A stretch of DNA of 64,000 nt, taken from the human T2T-CHM13v2.0 reference genome, Homo sapiens. The translations under genes were made by a program, and so were the position numbers. Numbering within the stretch: the stretch's first letter is position 1; the number at the start of each line of letters is the position of its first letter. The stretch lies in assembly GCF_009914755.1 (NCBI RefSeq), contig NC_060926.1, one strand, 5' to 3'. Positions 1 to 24,438 of the stretch are shown in pieces. The notes below the pieces were generated by a model, which searched no databases, was not told the origin of the DNA, and saw nothing but the letters and a program-made list of their open reading frames with translations.

Positions 1-194
1 ACCTTTGAGAACTACTGGATCTAAGATTCTTTCTAACTCTCAAGTTCTATAACTTTATTTCTACTTTTTGTGGTAATTACTACTTAATCTATATCTTTTA
101 TTGCTTAATCTGGTAAACATTAGGAACAAACATTTCTTAATTTGTGCATTAAGCAATTACCCAAAATCTTTTCCTTTTAAAAATTTGCAGTGTG

Positions 195-309
195 GCCTGG
201 GCGAAGTGGCTTACTCTGTAATCCTGGCACTTGGGGAGGCCAAGGCAGGCGGATCACTTGAGGTCAGGATTTCGAGACCAGCCCTGCTGTACAAAAAATA
301 CAAAAATTT
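195..309 (+). mobile_element. Alu left monomer (FLAM-like)
   Basis: GGCCTGGGCG..TGTAATCC..GAGGTCAGGA..A-rich end. Confidence 0.8.
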
Positions 310-1240
<931 letters not shown>

Positions 1241-1528
1241 CACTGATATGAAAGATTATATGCATGCCTAGAATCACAATGCCCAACACTGTACCTTAAC
1301 CCTGCCTTGTGCATCAGTAACGTTTAAAATACATTACCCAAATTATCAAGATATAGTGCAAAATGTGTGCAATCATTCACGTCTTAAATGTGTCGACGGT
1401 GGACTTGGTGGAAAAATTATGAGACATGATAAAGTATTGTGCCAGAGGCATTGGCCTAAGAATTTTAGATGGAGTTAGGTATTTGGGACAGTTAGGTATT
1501 TGATCCACATCTCTTTCTGGAAGGTTAG

Positions 1529-1954
<426 letters not shown>

Positions 1955-2338
1955 AAGAAATTTCAGTTTCTTAAAACCAGATCTCACTTCCCCTTTCTCC
2001 TTCAAGACAGTAGTTTGCCCTTATAATTGGTGTCAAAAATGTACATGATCATGTACTTTCATTCTGCCCCAGTAAGTTTAGTGCAAAATAGGAAAATTTA
2101 GAACAAAATGTGTTAATGATAAGTGTGAAGGGATGTATAAATATTTGGCCAGTAATCCAAATTCTTCAGTTTTTTGTTTCATTTAGATGAGGAAATAGTT
2201 AAGACTTTCTATTATTATTAATCTGTGTTCAGTCTTTGCTTTTGTAAATAAGAATAGTCTGTGAGCAAATCTATGTAATTGTAGTAGACACACCAGGCTA
2301 ACCTTTTAGGGCAAGCTTTTTTTTTTGTTTTCATTTGA

Positions 2339-2733
<395 letters not shown>

Positions 2734-3049
2734 AAAAAAAAAAAAAAAAGCATGTATTTTTATATGGTTGTGATTTTATAATATCTATTAATTATATCTG
2801 TTTTTTTACATAGAATAATATAGTCATGTATATGTGATCTTAATAACTATCATTTTTTCATAATTGTGTGATATTCCATTGAGTGTATTTGTTATTTACT
2901 TAATTCATATTGGGAGATGTTTAGGTTGTTTCCGATTTTCTTCTCTAATAAACAATGCCATATTTAATACTTCTGTGCGTATGTCCTGCTTGTTGTTTGA
3001 TTTATTTCCAAGTTCTTGTTTTGACCTATCTGTAGCATGAGCCAATTTA

Positions 3050-4220
<1,171 letters not shown>

Positions 4221-4384
4221 TTTAACTTTACAAACTAGGAAAGATTCTGAAAATTAAATATTTTAGAAGAGATTAGGTTTAAGATACCTTATTCTATCTA
4301 ATTTGACAGTGGCTACAATTAGTTAATCTATATTGGGGAAGTGAAGAGACACATGAGCATTTCTCATCTTTAGTATAGTTACTA

Positions 4385-4530
4385 ATACTAAGGGCCTTAC
4401 ATATTTACTGTGTTATCTCATTATCCTCTAAACAGACTGATCAGTACTATTATTTTTCTTTATTCTGCAGATGAGTAAACTGAGTAAGTGGGACACTTGG
4501 GAATCAAGGTCAGGCCCCTATGGCTCCAAA
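4385..4530 (-). mobile_element. MIR
   Basis: CAGATGAGTAAACTGAG core. Confidence 0.65.
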
Positions 4531-5138
4531 GCAAAACATTCATATAATACATAAAGTGTTAGTCTAAAGGTATAAAATACTTGGAATCTTTTAGGCATCT
4601 GAAAATCTTACTGGTATTTTGATCATGCCAGAATAATTGTCCAGATTGAACTATGTCTTAGATATAGTCTCTTCTTTTGCTGTAAATGACAGCAAATATC
4701 TTAGGTTTTGTTTTATGTGTAGCATTCAAATGTCAGTGGATAATAAAAAAATTCATTGAAGATTCAAAGCTTCAGTTTTGGAAAAGAACACCAGTTAGAT
4801 TAGAAGAGTGATGATGACATATTTAGTTGAGGTTACATTTTTAATGTTTCCATGTGTTCTTAGTGATTAAAACCCCATGGGGCCAGTCTAGTGTGAAGAA
4901 AAACTTTTATTTAGTTACTTCACAAACGACTGTATTGTAGTGATAAGAAAGGCAAGATTAAAAACAGTCAAATGATATGAAGAGATGAATTTATTCATGT
5001 TACTTATTCAAACAGAGTTTTATGTGGGATATAACTTTTCTGAGATACTTAATCGTTTTTTCCTTTGGCTAAACCAATGTGTTAGCTTGATGAAACGTTA
5101 TCAAGAATGCTAATCTATAAATTCAGTTTAGTCTTTCA

Positions 5139-5546
<408 letters not shown>

Positions 5547-5573
5547 CTAAGGCCTTCTTTTAAAAGCAAGATA

Positions 5574-5896
<323 letters not shown>

Positions 5897-6026
5897 TTAC
5901 TGTGTTCTACTCTAAGCATCTAATAGGCTTTATATTTCACATTACCCTTTTAATGAAAATAGATTAAATTCAGTAACTGACATTCTTTAATAGATTAAAT
6001 TCTAGTTATTTGCAATTAAAAGTGTG

Positions 6027-6709
<683 letters not shown>

Positions 6710-6715
6710 TTATAA

Positions 6716-7027
<312 letters not shown>

Positions 7028-7404
7028 TAAACGATGATGATGGTGAAGTGTAGAAATGATAATGAAGTATACAAAAAAAAAAAAAATCGTCTCGTGTTTC
7101 CTTAATCCCATTTCCTGGATGTAACCAGTGTTAATAGTTGGTGTATAATCTTTAATGCTTTTTTATATGTGCTATAAATAAATATCTGTATAATTAGAAT
7201 TTGCTTCTAAACAAGGTGGAATAATATTGCGTATATTGTACATAAAGTTTTGTGATTATTGATCTGGGACAGTTCTAGAAGTAAGATCATGTGGTTAGAA
7301 ATTTGTACATTTAAAATCTTGAAATGAACTGCTAGAATTTCTTCAAAATAGGTTGTACTGTCATTTCTACCAGTAGTGTATGAGAACCTCCCTTTTCTTT
7401 CGTG

Positions 7405-7701
7405 TTTTTTTTTTTTTTTTGAGACAGAGTCTTGCGCTGTTGCCCAAGCTGGAGTGCAGTGGCACGATCTTGGCTCACTGCAACCTCTGCCTCCCAGGTT
7501 CAAGCCATCCTCCTGCCTCAGCCCCCCAGTAGCTGGAATTACAGGCACGTGCCACCATGCCTGGCTAATTTTTGTATTTTTAGTAGAGACAGGGTTTCAC
7601 CATGTTGGCTGGGCTGGTCTCGAACCCCTGACCTCAGGTGATACACATGCCTCGGCCTCCCAAAGTGCTGAGATTACAGGTGTGAGCCACCGTGCTTGGC
7701 C
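7405..7701 (-). mobile_element. AluS
   Basis: Full dimer; TSD GAGAA(C/T)CTCCC..TTTTCTT. Confidence 0.92.
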
Positions 7702-8050
7702 GAGAATCTCCCATTTTCTTATACCTTTTCAAATACTACGTAATATCATTCTTTTCAATTTTTGCCAGAGCAAAATAAATGATATCTTGTTGGTTTAGAG
7801 TCCTTTAATTATTAGTGGAGCCAAGCTTTTCATGCTTGTCAGCCAGTTGTATTTCTCTGAATTGCCTATTCTAATGATTTGTTTGTTTTTCTTACTGATT
7901 TAAAGGTGTTACATGATATAAATATATGATATAAATGACTTTATGCAATTACAACTGCTTTTTTTTTCCTTTATGACATCTGGTTTTGTGTTATCTTAGG
8001 AAAGCCTCTACCTTATGTACAACTACCAAAAATGCTTTTAGTAAGTAGTC

Positions 8051-8341
8051 TTTTTTTTTTTTTTTTTTTTTTTTTTTTGGGAGATGGAGTTTCACTCTTG
8101 TTGCCCAGGCTGGGGTGCAATGGCGCAACCTCTGCCTCCCGGGTTCAAGTGATTCTTCTGCCTCAGGCTCCCGAGCAGCTGGGATTACAGGCATGTGCCA
8201 CCACCCCCAGCTAATTTTGTATTTTTAGTAGAGACAGGGTTTCTCCATGTTGGTCAGGCTGGTCTCGAACTCCTGACCTCAGGTGATCCGCCCGCCTCAG
8301 CCTCCCAAAGTGCTGAGATTACAGGTGTGAGCCACTGCGCC
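8051..8341 (-). mobile_element. AluS
   Basis: Dimer with small internal deletion; TSD TTAGTAAGTAGTCTT. Confidence 0.92.
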
Positions 8342-8360
8342 TTAGTAAGTAGTCTTATAG

Positions 8361-9441
<1,081 letters not shown>

Positions 9442-9762
9442 CAGTCTACACTCTTAACTGCTGGACTGTACTGTCTCTTACATAGTCAAGTTGTCTTCTC
9501 ATCACTGAATTCCAAATAAAGAAAGTGTTACATTTGAGTTGAAAGTATCATTTAGGGACAGGTTATTTGATACGTGTAAAATATACTTCTGCGGACATGT
9601 CACAGTATATTTTATGTGTGTCATGGTAAGTAGGTGACCAATATCAATTGGGTAAAATGCCTGATCATTGGAACCCAGACATTTCTGGCTCTCATTGTAG
9701 AGCCTTACTTATTTTCATTTAAAAATGTCTAAGAGCTGTAGTTGTTTGAGTTTCTAGCTTTA

Positions 9763-10110
<348 letters not shown>

Positions 10111-10536
10111 CTAGTATCAATGACTTAAAATGGCTCAGCATGTACCTATATTTAATACATTCAGAACAACTTTGAGTTAGAACCTAGTCTCTGCAGTTGG
10201 TGTATGGAAATACATAGCATAAACTGGAATTAAACTGGAATTCTTTGTCACCCTAGTAGTCCATTCTAGTAGTCCTATTTCACAGGATGTGATACACTTA
10301 AGGTTAGAATAATGGTAGCAAGAGATAAACAGACAGAGTTTGGGGAGTCTGGGAGAGGAAGGAGACAAAATATTTTACTAAGTTTCTCTCATACTGTCTT
10401 TCTATCTCCACCCAAACTGCCCCAGCTTGGTGTAGCCTTATTGCCCTTGCCTTTGCTTTGATCTATACTGGAGTAGGCTCCAAAACGGTGTACGATTCTT
10501 TGACTGTGACCTCTGGTAGTAATTTAAAAATATATA

Positions 10537-10662
10537 TATTTTTTTGTAGGGACAGGTCTCGCCATGTTGCCCAGGCTGGTGTCAAACTCCTAGGCACAAG
10601 CGATCCTCCTGACTCAGCCTCCCAAAGTGTTGGGGCTACAGCTGAGAGCTACTGTGCCCAGT
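10537..10662 (-). mobile_element. FLAM / Alu left monomer
   Basis: Single left arm. Confidence 0.8.
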
Positions 10663-10931
10663 CTAGACAGTAGTTTTAATGTTAGAAAGCCTTGAGGGTA
10701 CTACTTGAAGCAAAGAATTATATTTGAAAACAGAATTCTAAACAGTGAAATAAATGACAGTACCAGAAGAAAGTTAACAGATAGGAATATTAAAATTACT
10801 AAGAGAATATACTCTGTGGGTTGCATTTATCACCTGTAAGTTAGGTGAGCTGATTCTTGAAATCTTTTCAAGCCCATTTTACTTATTTAGGTCACTAATT
10901 ATAGAGTTTGTTGTTTAGAAGATGGCATCTA

Positions 10932-11503
<572 letters not shown>

Positions 11504-11559
11504 TTACTAGAAGTAACAGATTAAGTAAAATAGCTACTGTTTAACAAAAGTAACTTCTC

Positions 11560-11935
11560 CCTTTATGAGTGCCTGCTATGTGTCAAGTGAAATGCAGTGT
11601 TTTTACATACATTTTCCTTAGATCCTCAGAGTAGCTGAAAGGTAGATATTTTTCCTGTTTTAGAGTTAGGGAAACAGACTAACAGAATAAGTACTTTGTC
11701 TAATGATATGTAAAAATAATTATTGAATTATTCATCGAGTACCTCCTTGTGGCAGGTATTATACTACGTGCTTTATTTAACCTGATTCTTATATCAGCTT
11801 TCTTTTTCATATATTTATGAAAAATATAGATTTTTTCATAAATAAAGATATTGAGGCACAGAGAGGTTAAATAAATCATCCAGAGTCTAGAAAGTGACAG
11901 AACTGTATTTCAAACCAGTATCTTCTTGATTTCTA
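11560..11935 (-). mobile_element. MIR fragments (two)
   Basis: TGAGGCACAGAGAGGTTAAATAA..; GAGTGCCTGCTATGTGTCAAG. Confidence 0.65.
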
Positions 11936-11946
11936 AAAGTCTTTAC

Positions 11947-12243
11947 TTTTTTTTATTTTTTTTTTTTGAGACAGAGTCTCACTCTGTTTCCCAGGCTGGA
12001 GTGCAGTGGCGCAATCTCGGCTCACTGCAACCTCCGCCTCCCGGGCAAGCGGTTCTCCTGCCTCAACCTCCTGAGTAGCTGGGACTACAGGTGCCCGCCA
12101 CACGCCTGGCTAATTTTTGTATTTTTAGCAGAGACAGGATTTCACCATATTGGCCAGGCTGGTCTTGAACCCCTGATCTCGTGGTTCACCCGCCTCGGCC
12201 TCCCAAAGTGCTGGGATTACAGGCATGCGCCACCACGCCTGGC
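11947..12243 (-). mobile_element. AluS
   Basis: Full dimer; TSD AAGTCTTTACT. Confidence 0.92.
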
Positions 12244-12716
12244 AAGTCTTTACTCTTAACCATGTTTCCTCTCATGACTTCTTCATGTTGTAAGATACAA
12301 TTTATCACATTGACTTGCCTTTCAACTTTTAAATTCTGTGAATTTTTCTCTCTGTAAACTAAGCAAGGTAGGACAAGTCGATTAATATCTTTACACCAAT
12401 TGTGTATAAGGAATGTGTGATTCATTACCAGAAAGATTACTATTCTTGATCAATTCTGTTTCCAAATTAGAATGTATTCACTGAATATATACTATGTTTA
12501 ACTGTGTTATGATACAGAAGTGTGAATCTTGGTCCCAGAACTGAAGCTATTATAGGATAAGAACATAAACATGATGGTTTATGCTCAACTACTAAATTGT
12601 AAGTTTAAAAATCCAGATTTGGAGTAAGATATACAGAATGCACATAGATAGTAATAATTTGGGCAATGGATAAGTCACTGTGGCTGAACAGGTAGGGATA
12701 AAAGCTTACAGTTCCT

Positions 12717-13033
<317 letters not shown>

Positions 13034-13587
13034 GCTTACAGTTCCTTTGAGGCTGGGCTAAGGAAATTGGCCTGATGATGGAGATGTTCTTTGGAAGAGC
13101 AGCCAGGTGGCAAAGGCACAGTGATCAAATATGTGATTAATAGGAGTGATCCAGTCCTAAACAGGGATAGAGGCTGAGAGGCCTAGTCAAGTGGTCTAAA
13201 CTGCACATGAAAAGGAAGGGAAAAATCGGTAACTTGAGCAATCCTTTATCATCCCTACAGCCACTCAGTTTTAGGTCTGATCAGCAGTTATTCCACTGAG
13301 CTGCTGGATGAGCTGAGGGTGGTGATGAAGGCTGAGTTATTTGGTATATATGTAGTCTACCTTATTTAATATTGGCTCAGTTGCTGTACTCAGCTCTGAA
13401 GACTTGAAATCTGGCTGATGGGTTATCATTCTATGTGAAGAAAGTATTGTAAGGGGAGTATAGATGGTTAAGGAGGTAGCAGTAAAAGCAGTGCAGAAGA
13501 ACAGAGATGTGCATGTAAGAGCTCAATGATACTGTTTAGGGTTGCATTTACCAGGTAGATTCTTCTCACTATTTTTATTCTTGATAG

Positions 13588-13643
13588 CTGGGGTCTTTGG
13601 GACATCTAGGCTTATCTATTTTGTTTGGCTGCAAAAAAGTCAG
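13588..13643 (+). other. Candidate 56-nt cassette/cryptic exon
   Basis: CTCAC branch-like motif, pyrimidine tract, TAG acceptor at 13587, CAG|GTAAGA donor at 13643; no transcript evidence. Confidence 0.25.
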
Positions 13644-13836
13644 GTAAGAGGAAACACTTGGAAAGCAAAAAATAAATGAAGGCAGAGAACATCATAAAGA
13701 GATATATGAAAAGAAGCCCCATTTAAATTATTTGGTAAAATGTGATATACATGGTACATCAGAGATATTGCATGCTTGGATTTTTTGGATTTTACAGATA
13801 CAGCAACAATGTATTTCATTGATGTGAATGCCTTAG

Positions 13837-14180
<344 letters not shown>

Positions 14181-14261
14181 TGATATCTTGAATCTCCAGT
14201 ATAATAAAGTTGGGAGCAGGGTCAATAAATATAAATAAATAATACTTTTTCCTCAAAAATA

Positions 14262-14390
14262 TCATATTTTTTTAAACCTAAGACATCATCAATCATAGGA
14301 GACACCACTAGGAAAAAAACACTGCCAAGTAAATTATGAAACTATAGTGATTGTAAAACTAACCCCAATTTCAGAAATGTTGCGATGTGC
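14262..14390. mobile_element. Possible Tc2-type DNA transposon remnant (Kanga/MER104-like)
   Basis: TAAGACATCATCAAT..AAAACACTGCCAA..ATTTCAGAAATGTT resemble recalled consensus. Confidence 0.4.
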
Positions 14391-14396
14391 AGTACA

Positions 14397-15378
<982 letters not shown>

Positions 15379-15719
15379 TAAAGATTTCCTTTTGTTTTTA
15401 GGGAAATTTCTCATTCAGCTCTTTTCTAATTGCAGGTGAAAACAACTGGCTTTTTTTTTAAAAAAAGCTATATGTGAAGCAAATCGTGTGCTGTTATGCA
15501 CCTAATTTTGCCATGTATGCTTAATGAAGGAGGCAGGAGGCCATTTAGCCATCAAGGGAGATAACTTGGCCTAGTGCTTTTCTGCAGGGAAGCAGTTAAA
15601 ATAAGTTTGAAGAAATTATATATTTAAGGAGAAGGCAAGTTTGTAACACACTAAGACAAAATATTAACTGCTGAGTTTTGAATGTTCTTGTGGTTTTCCC
15701 ATGTCTACTGACATTTGAA

Positions 15720-16790
<1,071 letters not shown>

Positions 16791-16893
16791 TCTAGTACTG
16801 TCAAGTAGCATTTTGGTATCATTGCAAGCCTACTTCTCTAATATACTGTTTTTTAAATAGCAGAGACTCTTTGGATTTAGAGTGTATAGTTGA

Positions 16894-17189
16894 GTGCTGG
16901 GCTTGATGGCCAATGCCTATAATCCCAGCACTTTGGGAGGCCGAGGCAGGAGGATTACTTGATCCCAGGAGTTCCAGACCAATCCGGGGAGCATAGTGAG
17001 ATCCTGTCTGTACAAAAAATAAAAAATTAGCAGGGTGTGATGGCACTCACCTGTATTCACAGCTGCTCAGGAGCCTGAGGTGGGAGAATCACTTGAGACC
17101 AGGAGGAGTTCAAATCTGCATTGAGCACAGATGATGCCACTGCCCTCCAGCCTGGGTGACGGAGCGAGACCCTGTCTTAAAAAAAAAAG
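16894..17189 (+). mobile_element. AluJ
   Basis: Diverged dimer; TSD-like ATAGTTGA. Confidence 0.88.
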
Positions 17190-17206
17190 AATACATAGTT
17201 GAATTA

Positions 17207-17512
17207 GTTTATTATTATTATGGAGATGAGATCTTGCTCTGTCACTCTCAGGCTGGAGTACAGTGGTACAATCATAGTTCACTGCAACCTTTAAATCCTG
17301 GGCTCAAGCCATCCTCCTGCTTCAGCCTCCTGAGTAGCTAGGACTACAGGTGTATACCACCATGCCAAGCTAATTTTTTTTTTTTTTTTTTTTGGTAGAG
17401 ACAACGTCTCGCTATGTTGCCCAGGCTGGTCTTGAACTCCTGGCTTCAAGAGGATCTTCCTGCCTTGGCCTCCAAAAGTTCTGGGAGTACAGGGTGAGCC
17501 ATCATGCCACCC
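17207..17512 (-). mobile_element. AluJ
   Basis: Diverged dimer, tail-to-tail with the previous Alu. Confidence 0.88.
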
Positions 17513-19300
17513 TTAATGTAGTATTCTTTGACTGCAGAATTAGATTTGAATTGAATAATACAAAAGCTGATTTTTAACTATGCCTTGACTGAAAACTAAA
17601 TTCTTTTAAAAGTACTGGTAGAGGAAGTAGTCTTAGAGTTTAGTAGATGATAATGATAATAGCACACATTGCTGTTTTTTCATAGTTAATGAGCATAATG
17701 GTTATATTTAATGAGAGTTTTAAAATTTATGTTTTTATTTCTACTTGGTGATTTTCATAACAAATTATACTTAGGCTCAGGTCTCAATATAATTATCTGA
17801 TTAGTGCATAGTTTTAAATCTTTAACTTTGCCACTAGAAATACACTTAATTTTTAATTTAGCTACTAATTGTGAAACATTTTTGTTTAGTATTTTGTTGT
17901 TTTATTCATGTAAATCAATTTAAGCCTTTTCTTATTTAAATTACTTAATTCTACTTCTATAATCTATTCTAATACTGAATTCCGAACTCTCCTAAATTAT
18001 TCTTGATTTAGATAAAATGGTTTTAAGCTGGTAACTTTAAAAAATACAATTACTTCAAAATAATACACATACATGACAGAAAAAATTCAAATTGTGAAAG
18101 GGCATAAAATGGAAAGAATATTTTATAACATTCTTATTATCTAAGCCAGGCAAAGGTTGGCAGCTTTCTTTCAGTTGGATGTCACTCAGCCTATTGAGTA
18201 TGCAAATGTCTTTTGTTTGCATGCCACCCAACTCAGCAGTAGTGAGTGAAGGAGAACTGATGAAGATTGCCAACAGTACCTCACATCTCATCTCCCCTTT
18301 TATATAAGAGTAAAATTAGATGGCATGTGGTGGCAATACCTGAAAGGAACATGGTTCTAAGAGTGAATTTAAATAGTTTATCATTTGTATTAATAGATGT
18401 TTTTTACTCCAGTAGGTGCACATTTTTCTGGTAGTGGATACAGACAATTACAGTGTACTAAGAACTTTGCTGAAGCATTTCAAGGCAAAGGTATTAAAAT
18501 AAAAATAGATAAAAGTGGTTTGTTTTGCTAATGAATTTTGGAGATAATGATCAGTAGACCGCATTTACCAAGTGTGGCACGCCAACTGAAATATCTTCAT
18601 CTTCTGTATAGGTTGTTAATCCTTAATACATATGTAATACTTAGTCTTTTACTTGGTATAAGTCAATGAGATGGTTAATCTTCATTATATAACATTTTAA
18701 GTTGATATAAATGAGCAGTATTTTGGGGGTTTTATTTTTAAAGCAAAAGGTGAGCCAAAATATTAATCTTTAACAAATATAGTGGACAAAAATTTGTTGA
18801 GAAAGTTTCAGATTAAGGAATCATGCAGCATCAACCAAGGAGCCTCAACATAATAATTAACCCAGCTTCTTAACAAAGATATGATTTAATTTTTGTTGTT
18901 GAATGATTTCAAGACTACATTTTCCTTTTGGGATTGTTCTGTATGATGCAGTAAAATGTTGGAAATCACAGTGATTGCTTAAAATGAACATGCTGCAAAA
19001 AGGGCTCAAAAGTGCTTTTTGTAAAGAGCTCTATTGTTAGTACAATTTTGCTCGTGGGTCCTCTGTCTTTTAGGGGAAGGCTGTAATGCCTAAAAGTTGC
19101 CAGTGCTTCATTAAGCTAATGCTGAATTATAGCCAGACATTCAGTGATCCAGACCCCAGACTTCCCTGCCATCCAAGAGGAGCAGTTGGGGAAGGGAATG
19201 AGGTGGAGGTGGGAGGTGGAATAGGCCTTTTTTACGTAGTAACTTTATGTATTTATTGTGTCAAATGAGTTTAGCATACTTGTGTTATTAGAATCAATTT

Positions 19301-19613
<313 letters not shown>

Positions 19614-19700
19614 TTAATTTAAGCCTTGAATGCTCTCTAACTTTTTCTCCCATTAGCCTTTCCATTTTTTTTTTCAGTTAATAAGAAACAATACTGATAG

Positions 19701-20543
<843 letters not shown>

Positions 20544-20785
20544 TTTTTTTCTCGTATAATTTTGAACAAAATAATACTTAGTTTTTCATTCAAATTAGAA
20601 ATTTAAGTAAAAGTGATACCTCTAGAAAGTTAACGTTTGACTCATTTTAAGAAAGCAAGATTATAATAGGGTCATCTTATTTGTTCAGATTCTTTAGATT
20701 TCATATTTTTATATTTTAAAAAGTTTCAAACCTACTGAACATTTTACTTTATGTGGATGTACACTCACTTAAGAGTGAGATATTG

Positions 20786-21079
20786 CAGGGTGTGGTGGCT
20801 CACGCCTATAATCCCAGCACTTTTGGAGTCCAAGGCGGGTGATCACATGAGGTCGGGAGTTCAAGACCAGCCTGACCAACATAGAGACTCCCTGTCTCTA
20901 CTAAAAATACAAAAGTAGCTGGGTGTGGTGGCACATGCCTGTAATCCCAGCTGCTTGGGAGGCTGAGGGAGGAGAATTGTTTGAACCTGGGAGGCGGAGG
21001 TTGTGGTGAGCCGAGATTGTGCTATTGCACTATAGCCTGGACAACAACAGCAAAACTCCGTCTCAAAAAAAAAAAAAAA
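20786..21079 (+). mobile_element. AluS
   Basis: Full dimer; TSD AGTGAGATATT. Confidence 0.92.
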
Positions 21080-21091
21080 GTGAGATATTAA

Positions 21092-21554
<463 letters not shown>

Positions 21555-21709
21555 TAAAATTTGTCTTTTGCTAGGTATATGGATTTGTAGATGAGTGTGC
21601 AGTAGCAATGATCATAGTTTATTTTATGAATTAATAGTTAATGAACATCAGATATTGGTGATACAGCAATAAACGAGATAAATATATTTCCTTTTGGAGT
21701 TCATAGTTA

Positions 21710-21890
21710 AGGTTTGTTACATGGGTTGGGTATATTAGGTTGGGTATATTGGGTGGTGCTAAAGTTTGGGCTTCTACTAATCCCATCACCCAAATAGTAA
21801 ACATAGTACCCAATAGGTGGTTTTTCAACCCGTGCCCTCTTCCCTCCCTGCTTTTGGAGTCCCCAGTGTCTATCGTTCCAATCTTTATGT
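21710..21890 (-). mobile_element. L1PA (old) 3' UTR fragment
   Basis: GGTTTGTTACATGGG..CCCATCACCCAAATAGT..CATAGTACCCAATAGG..GGAGTCCCCAGTGTCTAT. Confidence 0.75.
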
Positions 21891-21900
21891 GGGTGGAGAC

Positions 21901-22181
21901 TTTTTTTTTAAGACAGGATCTTGCTCTGCCAGGCTGGAGTGCCAGGTTGGAGGCTCACTGGCACCTCAACCTTCCAGGCTCAAGCAATCCTCCCACCTCA
22001 GCCTCCCAAGTTGCTGGGAGTACAGGCGTGTGCACCATGTCCAGGTACTTTTTAAATTTTTTGTAGAGACAGGGTCTCGCTATGTTGCCCAGGATGGTAT
22101 CAAACTTCTGGACTCAAGTGATCCTCCCATCTCAGCCTCCCAAAGTGCTGGGATTACGGGCACGAGCCATCTCACCTAGCC
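21901..22181 (-). mobile_element. AluJ
   Basis: Diverged dimer. Confidence 0.88.
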
Positions 22182-22389
22182 CTGTACACTTTTTAAACTC
22201 CATTTACAACATTGGTCAGCTTTTTCTTATTGTACTATAAATTGGACATTAATGAAGTTTTGTGGTCCTGAAGCCTGAAAAAAAAGTCAGATACAGTAAT
22301 TAGAACTGTTTAACTGTTCCATCATTTCCTCTGCTATCTTATTTTTATTCATTCTGTAGAAGTCCAGACAGGAAAAGGTTGATTGTTGG

Positions 22390-23370
22390 TAGGGTGACTA
22401 TATAATTTGCAAGTCCCAGGGCAAAATGAAAATGGGGGCTCCCTTATTCAAAAAGCAGGAAAAGGGGCAGGGCGTGGTGGCTCATGCCTGTAATCCCAGC
22501 ACTTTGGAGGGCTGAGGCGGGCGGATCACGAGGTCAGGAGATCGAGACCATCTTGGCTAACACGGTGAAACCCCGTCTGTACTAAAAATACAAAAAATTA
22601 GATGGGTGTGGTGGCGGGCACCCATAGTCCCAGCTACTCAGGAGGCTGAGGCAGGAGAAGGGCATGAACTTGGGAGGCGGAACTTGCAGTGAGCCAAGAT
22701 CAAGCCATTGCACTCCAGCCTGAGCAACAGAGCGAGACTCCGCCTCAAAAAAAAAAAAAAAAAAAAAAAGCAGGGAAAATGTGCTGCTAAAGGTACTAAA
22801 ATATATACCTTTTTTCTTTCTTTGTAGTGTCTCCTTCAACTTGTCATATTTTAAAAAAATTTATCATCTAATGTCAGTCTAAGCAAAGAAAAATTAGAAT
22901 TTTAAATCATTAGCCTGTATTTTACTGTTCATCCCTATATGTTGTGTAGTGTCCATTTAAAATGCAAATATAAGAATATTTACCTCATTTGTGGAAACTG
23001 AAATTATACAGTCATTTTGTAGTTGCACTTGCATGTGTAGTTTGTTTTTGCTAGAACAGTAGAAACTCTGTACAAACGAACTCAGTGGTTTGTATTTCAC
23101 TTCTTGATGAATACATATTCTACCAACATTCTACCTTCTGCTTACTGATGAGTAGGGAAGGACTGAGAAGAAAAGGAATTATGGGTGGCCCTATCTCTAC
23201 CTTTACTTTTATGTTATTATATCCAGCATAAGTGGTTGATTAATATAGGCAAGTAATAGGAGAAATAAAGGATATAATAGGGTTCCTTCATTGTTAGTTT
23301 CATAAAACACCATTGCCTTCTTTCTGTGTTCCGAGTAAGTTGTAGCCCCTTGGGGCTGTGAGCAACCCCC
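22390..23370 (+). mobile_element. MER45B-like hAT/Tip100 DNA transposon, interrupted by AluY
   Basis: TAATTTGCAAGTCCCAGGGCAAAATGAAAATG..AAAGGTACTAAAATAT..CTTACTGATGAGTAGGGAAGGACTGA. Confidence 0.75.
22466..22769 (+). mobile_element. AluY
   Basis: GAGATCGAGACCATC, CTTGCAGTGAG; TSD AAAAAGCAGG. Confidence 0.92.
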
Positions 23371-23904
23371 TCCAGTGAGAATTAATACAATTTTCTTTGT
23401 ACTCTATGGCAGAGAAGATGCTCTTACTTTGTTTTGTTTTGAGAACCCTGGCTAGTCCTTGTCAGGAGGATGCTAGGCTTTATGGGTTTAAGGAAATTGG
23501 TTATATGCTGTTAACCATTTATACAGTAATAAATTGTTTAATAGGAATTTAAGGCCCAGGCCATAACAGGAGTCCTACTGTTTTATTTTCTGGAAAGTGA
23601 ACGTAGTTTCATGAGTGTGGAATATTTGTAGCATATTAAAATTGCTCTCTAGGTACAGTTAGCTTATCCCTTATGGTTTTACCCTGCTGTAAGGGGAAAC
23701 CATACAGAATTGAGCATCAATGAATAAATAAACCTCTGCCAGAGATTGGCAGGCTTTTTGGATCATGGTGTCATTCCAAGTTAGGGTTAGGCACACACTA
23801 GAGGCTGTGACTTGGTAATTCAAGTGTTTCACTTGGTTGCTACTGTGCCCTGGCTGCTATGCAAGGATGGCAAGAATGGCGTAATAAACTTAAAGCTGTA
23901 GTAA

Positions 23905-24438
<534 letters not shown>

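Noticed and set aside
15400-15440. Acceptor-like CTTTTCTAATTGCAG
   Set aside because: No convincing downstream donor or reading frame.
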